Source of the DNA: Malacoraja senta
Lineage: Eukaryota
Assembly (NCBI GenBank): GCA_038087875.1
Contig: CM075997.1
Location: 4,962,001 to 5,026,000, forward strand
Reading direction: 5' to 3'
DNA length: 64,000 nucleotides
The notes beneath the pieces were generated by a model that searched no databases, had not been told where the DNA came from, and was given only the letters and a program-made list of their open reading frames with translations. Within the stretch, counting starts at the first letter, position 1. Each line of letters opens with the position of its first letter. This document shows, in pieces, positions 37,665 to 49,427 of this stretch. The position numbers were made by a program, and so were the translations under genes.

Positions 37665-38010
37665 GCAGAGAATTGTGGACGCAGCCCAGACCATCACACA
37701 CACCAACCTCCATCTACACCTCACGCTGCCTCGGCAAGGCCAGCAGCATAATCAAGGACGAGTCGCACCCCGGCCACTCCCTCTTCTCCCCTCTCCCATC
37801 GGACAATAGGTACAGAAGTGTGAAAACGCACACCTCCAGATTCAGGGACAGTTTCTTCCCAGCTGTCATCAGGCAACTGAACCATCCTATCAACAACTAG
37901 AGAGCGGTCCTGAACTACTGTCTACCTCACTGGGAGACCCTCGGACTAGCTTTAACCGGACTATACTGGACTGAACATTATTCCATTTATCCTGTATCTG
38001 TGTGAATGGA
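37665..38010 (+). mobile_element. Rex-like LINE 3' fragment
   Basis: IYTSRCLGKASSIIKDESHPGHSLFSPLPS..TSRFRDSFFPAVIRQLN. Confidence 0.85.
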
Positions 38011-38231
38011 TCAATTGTAATCAGACTGGTTGGTGTTTGTATATGTGGAGTCAATGGACGGGAGGTTGGTTTGTGTGATAGTCTGGGCTACGTCCACAAT
38101 TCTCTGCAATTTCCTGCGGTCTTGGACGGAGCTGTTCTCAAACCGTGCTGTGATGCATCCCGATGAAATGCTATCTACGGCACACCTGTAGAAGTTGTTG
38201 AGAGTTGTTGGGGACATGCCGAACTTCCTAA

Positions 38232-41110
38232 AGGGCCTATCCCACTTTCAGATTCAGATTCAGATTCAGATTCAACTTTATTGTCATTGTGCAGTGTACA
38301 GTACAGAGACAACGAAATGCAGTTAGCATCTCCCTAGAAGAGCGACATAAATATGAGCAGTAAATAAATAAATCTAATCTAATAAATCCTGGTGGGAGGA
38401 GTGTCCGGGGGGGGGGGGGGGGGTGTGATTGGCAGTCACCGAGGTACAGTGTTGAGTAGTGTAACCGCCGCAGGGAAGAAGCTGTTCCTGGACCTGCTGG
38501 TCCGGCAACGGAGAGACCTGTAGCGCCTCCCGGATGGTAGGAGGGTAAACAGTCTGTGGTTGGGGTGAGAGCAGTCCTTGGCGATGCTGAGCGCCCTTCG
38601 CAGACAACGCTTGCTTTGGACAGACTCAATGGTGGGGAGTGAGGAACCGGTGATGCGTTGGGCAATTTTCACCACCCTCTGCAGTGCTTTCCGGTCGGAG
38701 ACAGAGCAGTTGCCATACCATACTGTGATGCAGTTGGTAAGGATGCTCTCGATGGTGCAGCGGTAGAAGTTCACCAGAATCCGAGGAGACAGATGGACCT
38801 TCTTTAGTCTCCTCAGGAAGAAGAGACGCTGGTGAGCCTTCTTGACCAGAGTTGAGGTATTGTTGGTCCAAGAGAGGTCATCGGAGATGTTGACCCCCAG
38901 GAACCTGAAGCTGGAAACACGTTCCACCTCCCTCCCGTTAATGTGGATGGGGGGGTGCGTGCCGCCCCTAGACTTCCTGAAGTCTACAATGAGCTCCTTG
39001 GTCTTCTTGGAGTTAAGGGCCAGGTTGTTGTCAGCGCACCATGCTGCTAGGAGCTGGACCTCCTCCCTATAGGCCGACTCATCGTTGTTGCTGATGAGGC
39101 CAATCACCGTTGTATCATCTGCATACTTGATGATGGTGTTAGTACCATGTACAGGTGTGCAGTCGTAGGTGAAGAGGGAGTAGAGGAGGGGGCTCAGCAC
39201 ACAGCCCTGTGGAACGCCGGTGTTCAGGGTGAGGGTTGAAGAGGTGTGCTTGTCTAACCTAACAGACTGGGGTCTGTTGGTTAGAAAGTCCAGTATCCAG
39301 TTGCAGAGGGAGGGGTCGATGCCCAGGTCACCGAGTTTGGTGATCAGTTTAGAGGGTATGATGGTGTTGAATGCTGAGCTGTAATCGATGAACAGCATTC
39401 TTACGTAAGTGTCTCTGTTGTCGAGGTGGGAGAGGGCGGAGTGAAGTGCCGTTGAGATGGCATCCTCCGTACTCCTGTTCTTGCGGTAGGCAAACTGATA
39501 GGGATCCAATGTGGGGAGGTAGGCAGCCTTTGAGGTGTGCCAGGACCAGCCTCTCGAAGCACTTGGCGATGATGGGAGTAAGTGCAACTGGGCGGAAGTC
39601 GTTGAGGCTTGCCGCAGTGGAGTGTTTTGGCACCGGCACGATGGAGGTGGATTTAAGGCACGTGGGCACAACTGCTTGGGCAAGTGACAGGTTGAAGATG
39701 TCAGTCCAGACGTCTGTCAGCTGCGCAGCACAGGCCCTGAGGACGCGCCCGGGGATGCCGTCGGGGCCAGCAGCCTTACGTGCATTAGTCCTACTCAGTG
39801 CCACGTACACGTCGAAGGGGGTGAGTGAGAGGGGCTGGTGATCAGCAGGGAGCACCGCCTTGATGGCCAACTGACGATTGTCCCTATCGAAACGGCCATA
39901 GAAGTGGTTGAGCTCCTCAAGGAAGGAGGCGTTACTGGATGTGGGGGTGGTGTTGGTGGGTCTAAAGTCCGTGATGGCCTGGATGCCTTGCCACATGCGT
40001 CGGGGGTCGGAGTTGTTGTTGAAGTGCTCCTCAATCCTGAGCTTATGGCAGTGCTTGGCCTTCTTTATGCCCCTCTTCAGGTTAGCCCTGGATGAACTGT
40101 AGGCTCGGGCATCGCCTGACCTGAAAGCGGTGTCCCGTGCTTTCAGCAGTAGCCTGACCTCGCTGTTCATCCATGGCTTCTGATTCGGGAATATGGTCAC
40201 CTGTTTGAGGGAGGTGACGCTGTTGATGGTGGAGTTTATAAAGTCCAGAACAGAGGATGTATAGGAGTCAATGTCCGTGTGGGAGTCAAGGGTGGCCTGG
40301 GCTGCAAACGCCTTCCATCCAGTCAGTGTTTCCAAAACACTGCTGAAGTGTGGAGTCCGCATCCTCTGACCAGACTTTAACTGTCCTCACAGTGGGTTTA
40401 ACCCGTCTGATGAGTGGGGAGTACTTTGGGAGCAGGAACAATGAGAGGTGATCAGACTGTCCAAGGTGGGGGAGGGGGACGGCTTTGTAAGCTTCAGCCA
40501 TGTTGGTGTAGACTTTGTCCAGTGTCTTGCCTTCTCTAGTGGCGAAGGAGACATGTTGGTGGAATTTGGGGAGTACAGTCTTCAGGTTGGAGTGATTGAA
40601 GTCACCCGCAACAATGAAGGCTGCCTCGGGGTTGTGAGTCTGTTGTTTGCTAATGGCAGAATGCAGATCTTTCATTGCAAGCTTGGCATTAGCATCAGGA
40701 GGAATATAGGCTGCAGTCACAACAGTGGAGGTAAACTCTCTGGGCAGATAGAACGGTCTGCATCTAACCAAGAGGAACTCTAGGTTAGCTGAGCAGTGAC
40801 TCTCGATGATGGTGGTGTCCGTGCACCATGCTTTGTTTACATAAATGCACAGACCTCCACCTCTGGTCTTACCGGAGTCAATTGTCCTGTCCTAATTCAC
40901 GACCTAATTTCACGACCTAATTCACGACCATTTTTACTCGTGGACATTTTTCGTCAGGCTAGAAAAACGCCCCGACCTACGAGTACCCACGACTAGCATC
41001 ACGGCCTGCTACGACCTACCTACGACCTCGTGATGACCATGCTGCGAGTATGAGTCAAGGGCAAACTCGGCAGAGGTCGTGAATTAGGTCGTGAAAGTGG
41101 GACAGGCCCT
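38232..41110. mobile_element. Harbinger-type MITE family C (38232-38250 plus ~40891-41110) hosting a LINE
   Basis: TIR AGGGCCTATCCCACTTTCA / TGAAAGTGGGACAGGCCCT; TAA TSD at 38229-38231 and 41111-41113; interior matches 23360-23581. Confidence 0.88.
38251..40890 (-). mobile_element. Rex1/Babar-clade LINE, 5'-truncated, APE endonuclease plus reverse transcriptase, two frameshifts
   Basis: [78 protein letters not shown]; (CTGAAT)n tail. Confidence 0.93.
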
Positions 41111-41979
41111 TAAGCATTCTAAGGAAGTTGAGACGTTAGTGTGCTTTCTTGGTGATTTCTTCGATATGGCCGATCCAGGGAATGTTCTTGGTGATATTTA
41201 CTCCTGGGAACTTCATACAACCATCTCCACTTTGATGCCAATGAATGAATGAATGAATGAATGAATACGTTTATTGGCCAAGTATTCACATACAAGGAAT
41301 TTGCCTTGGTGCTCCGCCCACAAGTGTTAACATGACATACAGTGACAGTTAGGAATGGCACATAAAACATTAACATTAATAATAAAACATTATTGATTAA
41401 ACATGTGAATAAAATAAAATACCAGAGCAAAAGGAGGCTACAGAATTTTGGTTATTGAGTAGAGCTACTACTCATGGATAAAAGCTGTTTTTATGTCTGG
41501 CTGTGGCAGCTTTGACAGTCCGGAGTCGCCTTTCAGGGGGACGTTTACAGGGAAACAAGTGGGGGAATGAGATTATTGTCATTTCTCCAAAAACTGGCAT
41601 AGACTTGGTGGGCCGAATGGCCTCATGAGTCGAAAGAGTAGTTAAGAAGGTATACGGTATGCTTGCCTTCATTGGATGTGGCATTAAGAATAAGAATCAG
41701 AATATTCTTCTGACTCTTATTCTTAAGAATAAGAATTAAGAATTTAATAGGATGTTGCCAGGACTAGAGGGTCTGAGCCACATGTTGGCCGGTGTGGGCA
41801 AGTTGGGCTGAAGGGCCTGTTTCCACACTGTATGATTCTAAGACTTTATAAGTCTGAATATTATGATGTAGCTGTATAAAACGTTGTTAGGCTTCATTTG
41901 ATGTATTGCGAGCAATTCTACTCGCAGAAAGGTTGTGGAGGCTTTGGAGAGTGTATAGAAGAGATTGACCTGGATGCTT

Positions 41980-42410
41980 TCTATCCTGGGCCTCTTCTAT
42001 CGGCTGAGTGAGGCCCAGCGCAAATTGGAGGAACAGCACCTATTATTTTGCTTGGGCAGCTAACACCCCAGCGGTATGAACATTGATTTCTTTAACTTCA
42101 AGTAGCCATTGCTTCCCTCTCTCTCCATCCCCTCCCCTTCCCAGTTCTCCCACTAGTCTCACTGTCTCCGACTACATTTTATCTCTGTTTGCTCTGTTGT
42201 TACCTTCTCCCAACTAACAATGAAATATTCTATATTATCCTTGATCTCCATTCCCTTTGTCCTGTTTACACACCTTGCACTTCCTTATCTATGTTCCTCC
42301 CTCTCCCCCGCCATCAATCTGAAGAAGGGTCTCGACCTGAAACGTCATCATTTCCTTCTCTCCAGAGATGCTGCCTGTCCTGCTGAGTTACTCCAGCATT
42401 CTGCGTCTAC
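41980..42410 (+). mobile_element. PLE 3' fragment plus pLTR nested in a degraded CR1 (~41635-42870)
   Basis: KLEEQHL..; ACCTGGATGCT-like duplication at the ends. Confidence 0.75.
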
Positions 42411-42879
42411 CTGGATGCTACCTGGATGCCAGTATTAGCTGTAAGGAGGGTTTGGACAAAATTGGATTGTTTTCTCTAGAATGCCCAAGACTTGGTAAAT
42501 GAAGATGAAATTTTGAGAGGCATTACAGTAGATAGGGTAAACTAGAGGGCGTAGCTTTAAGATAAAAATGGCAAAGATAAAAGAATTGGATGTGGAGAGG
42601 ATGTTTCCACTAGTGGGAGAGTCTGGGACCAGAGGTCACAGCCTCAGAATTAAAGGACGTTCCTTTAGGAAGGAGATGAGGAGGAATTTCTTTAGTCAGA
42701 GGGTGGTGAATCTGTGGAATTCTTTGCCACAGAAGGCTGTGGAGGCCAACTCAATGGATAATTTTATGGCTGAGATAGATAGATTTGTAATTAGTACGGG
42801 TGTCAGAGGTTAAGGGGAGAAGGCAGGAGAATGGGGTTAGGAGAGGGAGAGATAGATCGGCCATGATCGGTCACGTTCC

Positions 42880-43420
42880 CATAGAAACATAGAAACATAG
42901 AAAGTAGGTGCGAGAGTAGACCACCAGGCCCATCGAGCCCGCACCGCCATTCGCTCATGGCTGAACACTAAACAGACACCCTTACCCACAAACAGTAGAC
43001 ACAAGACACAGAACACAAGACACTACCCTCCCCTTTATACCGCTATCACCCCTCTCCACCCCAAGAACCGCGTGATCTCCTGGGGGAGGCAAAAAACCGG
43101 ATAAAAACCCAGGTCCAATTCGGGAAAAAAATCCGGGAAATTCCTCTCCGACCCCAATCCAGGCGATCGACACTTGTCCAGGAGATCACTCAGGTCTTAC
43201 TATACTAACCATACCTAGGTCCATATCCCTGCCTTCTCCCCGTAGCCCCTTATCCCCTTGGCAGCTAAAAAAACATCTATTTTAGACTTAAATATATTTA
43301 ATGTTTCTGCTTCCACTGCTCCCTGGGGCAGTGAATTCCATAAATTAACCACCCTCTGGGTGAAGAAGTTCTTCCTCATCTCAGTTTTAAAAGAGCCCCC
43401 CCTTATTCTACAACTATGTC
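42880..43420 (-). mobile_element. CR1 subfamily with a long structured 3'UTR
   Basis: KNFFTQRVVNLWNSLPQGAVEAET..GYGEKAG; ~300-bp UTR; (CTATGTTT) tail. Confidence 0.8.
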
Positions 43421-43559
43421 ATCTAATCCCTTTGTTATTTCATGGAACATAGAACATAGAACAGTACAGCACAGGAACAGGCCCTTCGGCCCACGATGTC
43501 TGTACTGAACATGATGCAGAATGGCCTAATTCTGGGCCATTCTGCACTCCTGTGTTTAG

Positions 43560-43965
43560 TATAACCCCTGACACCCGTACTAATCAGGAATCTATCTATC
43601 TCTGCCTTAAATATATCCATTGACTTGGCCTCCACAGCCTTCTGTGGCAAAGAATTCCACAAATTCACCGCCCTCTGACGAAAGAAATTCCTCATCTCCT
43701 TCCTAAAGGAACATCCCTTAATTCTGAGGCTGTGACCTCTAGTCCTAGACTCTCCCACTAGTGGAAACATCCTCTCCACTATCCAAGCCTTTCCCTATTC
43801 TGGAGGTTTCAATGAGGTCATCCCTCATTCTTCTAAACTCCAGCGAGTACAGGCCCAGTGTCACCAAACGCCCATCACAGGTTAACCCGCTCATTCCTGG
43901 GATCATTCTTGTACACCTCCTCTGGACCCTCTCCAGAGCCAGCACATCCTTCCTCAGATATGGTG
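43560..43965 (-). mobile_element. CR1 fragment
   Basis: ALERVQRRCTRMIPGM..FPLVGESRTRGHSLRIKG. Confidence 0.85.
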
Positions 43966-44307
43966 CCCCATTTGGTGTGAACTGCCTCAGATATGGTGCC
44001 CTATTTTTTATCGTGAACTTCTAAGTTCTCCGTAACCCCATCCTTTATAATGGACTCTGAAATCTTATCCACTACCGAAGTCAGACTGGATGTCTCTATG
44101 GTTCTTAGATTGAAAGCCGGTGTGGGGAAAATAAGCAAAATGGTCTCGCTGTGTCTTGAGGCATCTACGATTCAACATATTAGGAGTTAACCGTCTTGCT
44201 AAATAAAGAGTATTTTCACCATCTGTCACTCGTGGCTCATTTATACCAGTGTGACAAGAATATGCCAACCTTTATCTTGGGAAGTTTCAACAACATTTAT
44301 AAAAGGA

Positions 44308-44615
44308 TGGCACAGTAGCACAGCTGGTAGAGTCGCTGCCTCGCCGCACCAGAGACCTGGGTTCGATCCCGACCTCGGGTGCCGTCTGTGTGGAGTTTGC
44401 ACGTTCTCCCTGCAACCGCGTGGGTTTCCTCCGGGTGCTCCGATTTCCTCCTGCCTCCCAAAGACGAGTGGGCTTGTTGGATTAAAAAAAAATCCCCCTT
44501 GTTTGGAGATGATAGCGGGCGCAAAAGTGAGATAAGATAGAACTCGTGTGAACAGGTGATCAATGGCCAGTATGGACTCAGTGGGCTGAAGGGCCTTTTC
44601 CCACGCTGCATCTTA
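44308..44615 (+). mobile_element. Older V-type SINE
   Basis: GGTTCGATCC B box, V core. Confidence 0.8.
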
Positions 44616-45961
44616 AAAAATCTCGAACCTTTTTCTTTTTGCGAAATGAAGCTTTAAACCCATTAGCACAACAGACGACGGTCGATCTCATTTCCGGAAA
44701 GTGGCAGAATGGGAAAAAGATTTGAAAATATATTTTAAAAGGACATTAACAAAATTAATTTGATTGGAACATTTTTTTTTAATGATTCTAGCTGAGCGGC
44801 TCCAATTTAAAAATCGAATGAAATAACCAGGAAAAGCTACGGATATTTTTTTTAAAATTTCAGCAGTCAGTCTAACGTGCGGAGATGAACCTTTGGAGTC
44901 TGGCCTGCCCTTCCATCAGTTGCTTCCGTGAAGGCTAAGCTCAAAATTCCGCTTCCGAGAACAAGTCCATTTTACGGGCATTCTCCGATTTCAATTTAAG
45001 AGTTGATGGAGCAGGATTTGAGAGGGGGGGGAAAAAAGAAGTCCCATTCCCAGAGAATTGCTCCATTTATTATGTGTGGTACTTATTGCTTGATCAAGTA
45101 GATTTTATGACTGTGATATAATTCATGGATATCTAGCAGTTAATTACATAATCCTTGTGATATTCTCAAATGAGGTAGCCTGAAGGGAAACTGTAGCAAC
45201 AGACTACATATCACACTTAATTCGCTCTTGTATAAATTAATGATCCAAGACACTCCATAACAGAACTGAAGCTGTGCATTAATTGCCTGTTAATATGCCA
45301 ATGTCAGTACCGTAGACACGTTACCGTACTTTATTCAGAAAACTAGGGGGATCCTGGCTCTGGCTTCTGTGCAGTCATAAAGTTCTGGGTTTAGCATTAT
45401 AATCTTCACCATTGCTCTTTAACAAACTCACAGTGCAAGAGTATGGGACTGAACGACTGAAAAAAAATAGACACAAAGTGCTGGAGTAACTCAGGGTACA
45501 TCTGTGGAGAGGGAACGGGTCACGTTTTGGGTCGAGACCCTTCTTCAGACTGATCCTTAAGTCAGTTTTGCCGTTCAACGATGCGTTGCATTGTTTTGTG
45601 CCTCAAATCTATCTTCTTTTCTCTGTGTCCTGTCCAACGATCCATAAATCTCGTAGTTGGTGGTTAAAAGTCAACCACAGTCAGTGGTGGAGGTAGACCA
45701 AAATGCTGGAGAAACTCAGCGGGTTAGGCAGCATCTATGGAGCGAAGGAATAGGCGATGTTTTAGGTCGAGACCCTTCGAAGAGGCCGAATGGCCTACTC
45801 CTGCACCTATTGTCTATTGTCTATTGTCTCGACCCGAAACATCACCTATTCCATCGCTCCATAGATGCGACCTCACCCGCTGAGTTTCTCCAGCATTTTT
45901 GTCTACCTTCGATTCTTCCTGCATCTGCAGTTCTCTCTCAACCACAGTAGCGGATCTCAGT

Positions 45962-46800
45962 CCAGTTTCAGTTTATTGTCTGAGTCTGAAGAAGGGTTTC
46001 GGCCCGAAACGTTACCTATTTCCTTCGCTCCATAGATGCTGCTGCACCCGCTGAGTTTCTCCAGCATTTTTGTGTACCTTCAGTTTATTGTCACGTGTAC
46101 CAAGGTACAGTGAAAAGTGTTCTGTTTGATTATTTGTCTGTTTTTTTGCATGCTAACCAGCTGGCAGGAAAGACAATACATGATTACAATCGAGCCATTC
46201 ACAGTGTACAGATACATGATAAGGGAATAACGTTTAGTGCAAGGTAAAGCCAGTATAGTCTGATCAAAGATAGTCCGAGGGTCACCAATGAGGTAGATAG
46301 TAGTTCAGCACTGCTCTCTGGTTGTGGTAGGATGGTTCAGATGCCTGATAACAGCTGGGAAGAAACTGTCTGGAGGTGTGTGTTTTCACATCTATACCTT
46401 TTGCCGATGGGCCAGGGTGGCCGATGGGAGTGGCCAGGGGTGCGAATCATCCTTGATATGCTGCTGGCCTTACCGAGGCAGCGCGAGGTGTAGATGGAGT
46501 CAAAGGAAGGGAGGTTGGTTTGTGTGATGGTCTGGGCTGCGTCCACAATTCTCTGCAATTTCTTGCGGTCTTGGATGGAGCTGTTCCCAAACCGTGCTGT
46601 GATGCAGCCCGATAAAATGCTTTGTAAGGTGCATCTGTAGAAGTTGAACCTAGAGGTCACAGTTCTCAGGCTCCTGTACCTTCTTCCCGATGGTAGCAGC
46701 GAGATGTGAGCCGTGTCAGGGTGATGTGGGTCTTTGATGCTATCAGCTGCCATCTTGAGGCAACACCTCCTGTAGATCCCTTTGATGGCAGGGAGAAACT
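45962..46800 (-). mobile_element. Rex-like LINE fragments with a nested 98-bp pLTR monomer (45981-46078)
   Basis: NFYRCTLQSILSGCITARFGN..; 14-bp TSD TTCAGTTTATTGTC at 45967-45980 and 46079-46092. Confidence 0.85.
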
Positions 46801-47968
46801 GAGCTGAAAGGTTTATCAGAATTCCTTTTGCCAGGGAAACGAAACGTGATTCAAAGGTTGTCAAAAATAAAGTAACAGAAATGAAGAAGTTATAATCGTG
46901 GAGTCATAGAGTGATACAGGTCCTTCGGCCCAACTTGCCCACACCGACCAACATGTCCCATCTACACTACTCCCACCTGCCTGTATTTGACTCATATCCT
47001 TCTAAACCTGTCCTATCCATGTACCTGTCTAAATGTTTCTTGAAGTTGCGATTGTAGCTGTTAATAGCACTAAACTGTATAAACTGTAAACTGTACTAAC
47101 AGCCGTATTTCTGAACTGAACTAAACTAAACTAAAAGTAAAAAGACGTCATGGTGGCGCAGCGGTAGAGTTGCTGCCTCGCAGCGACAGAGATTATATTA
47201 TAAATTATATTATTTAGTATGATTACATATTCCGTTGTGCTGCAGCAAGTAAGAATTTCATTGTTCTATCTGGGATAACACTCTTGACTCTTGGCCCAGG
47301 TTACATCCTGACTACAGGTGCTGTCTGTATGGAGTTTGTACGTTCTCCCCGTGACCTGCGTGGGTTTTCTCCGAGATCTTCAGTTTCCTCCCACATTCCA
47401 AAGACGTACAGGTTTGTAGGTTTATTGGCTTGGTGTATGTGTCAATTGCCCCTGGTGTGTGTGTAGGGTCGTGTTAGTGTGCGGGGATCGCTGGACGGCA
47501 CGGACTCAGTGGGCTGAAGGGCCTGTTTCCGCGCTCTAAACTAACACTAAACTTAAGCTAAGACTAAAACTAAAGATAACACTTAAACTAAAATTTAAAC
47601 GAAGACTAAACTGCAACAAGTACCCAAGATTGGATAGATTTCCAACTGAGCAATTTTAAGGAAAGAGAGGAAAGATTAAACAGATAACAGAACCACAGCC
47701 TTCTTGAAGATCTTGATCCAATATCCAGGCATTTAGATTGGGAAATTGATAAGTTAGCCTGCTATTATGAAATGAGAGAGAGGGAAAGCATAGTTAAGCA
47801 CCAATTAACCTAGTATCCGGTGTCATGGAATTACAAGAGCTTATAATGAAGAATAGAGTGACTGAAGTGGTAGTGTTTTAAACTGCAGCTACTTGCATCT
47901 ATGATTGACTATGTGGATTTTCTGTTGAACGCCACATAAAATAATGGCTGCAATTTTTATTAGCGGGT

Positions 47969-48268
47969 GGGCGGCACGGTAGTGTTGCTGCCTCACAGCG
48001 CCAGAGACCCGGGTTCGATCCTGACTACGGGTGCTGTCTGTACGGAGTTTGTACGTTCTCCCCGTGACCTGCGTGGGGTTTTTCTGGGATCTTCAGTTCC
48101 CCCCCACACTCCAAAGATGTACATGTTTGTAGGTTAATTGGCTTGGTATAAAATGTAGAAAAATATCCCTAGTGTGTGTCGGGTAGTGTTAATGTGCGGG
48201 GATCGCTATTCGGCACGGACTTGGTGGGCCGAAGGGCCTGTTTCCGCGCTGTATCCTGAAACTAAACA
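47969..48268 (+). mobile_element. V-type SINE (another, split copy at ~47148-47600)
   Basis: B box, V core, tail. Confidence 0.88.
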
Positions 48269-49427
48269 AGATACTAGCATGCAGTTTAATCTTGGGCATA
48301 CTGTTTGTTTAAAGAGAAAACACAAAGTGCAAAACTAATTAGATTACAATTAGTCACCTACAGCCTAATGGTATAACCATTGAATTCTCCAATTTTAGGT
48401 AACTTCACAGTGTTTAAAAAAAATTTGGACAGGTACATGGATAGGAACGTATTAGAGGGATATGGGCCAAATGCAGGCAAGTGGGACTAGTGCAGATGAG
48501 ATGTTGGTCAGCATGGCAAGTTTGGCCGAAGTGCCTGTTTCCAGTACGGCTCTACAAAGCCTCCCCCCCTCTCCTTCCACAGCACCCCCCTTGCTCCACT
48601 TCCCCACTCATGCCCCTACTGAACTTACACTTATTTCTCCCACCCCCTTCCCTTCTTTCCTCCAGCTTCACAATTTGCAACTTTTCCAATCCTTTTGTCT
48701 CACACCTGCTGTCCTTTCATCCCTTGCCTTTGTCCACTACCTGCCTGTCGGAGCTCCCCATGATCTACAGTGGTATATCAATCTATTATCTGCCAGGCCT
48801 GTCCTGCTCCACCTCTCTTCCAGCTTTCTCCCCCCCCCCCCCACCACCACCACCACCACTACCCCACCACCCCACAATCAGTCCGAAGAAGGATCCGAAC
48901 CTGAAAGGTCACCTATCCATGTTCTACTGAGATACTGTCTGGCCCGCTGAGTTAAATAAGCACCTTGTGTTTATTTTTGGTACAAAAATTGAATTCTCCA
49001 ATTTTTCACCTACAAACGACCTTTCCTTCTTTCCCCACCTCCTTCCCTGTGTTCCAGCAATTTGTGTCTTATCTTTGGTGTAAACCAGCATCTGCAGTTC
49101 CTTCCCACACAACCCACTACTCTACTTCAAAGGAGAGATAGTCTTGTTACCTTGTAGGTTGTCCAGGTGCAGGTCTTCCTATCGTGCTGGGATCTGAGAT
49201 GGGCAGGATCGTTTTCATGGATTGAGCCAGAAATTATTCCATGGATTTGATCGATCCGGAACAGGCAGCAACCAATAATCCAGTTGTTTAAGAAGGAACT
49301 GCAGATGCTGGAAAATCGAAGGTAGATAAGTCTGAAGAAGGGTTTCGGCCCCAAAACGTTGCCTATTTCCTTCGCTCCATAGATGCTGCTGCATCCAATA
49401 ATCCAGTCCTGCTATTAGAACGAGCAA

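Larger units (their letters stand above)
38025..41235 (-). mobile_element. Older Rex-like LINE fragment (38025-38231 plus 41111-41235) split by a MITE
   Basis: Rejoined minus strand reads KKAH*RLNFLRM|LRKFGMSPTTLNNFYRC. Confidence 0.8.

Noticed and set aside
43072..43189. snRNA (U2-like) retrocopy
   Set aside because: No match to the U2 sequence as I recall it; it lies inside a CR1 3'UTR.
44060..44257. Old solo LTR (AATAAA ... GTGACA)
   Set aside because: No clear 5' TG terminus or TSD.
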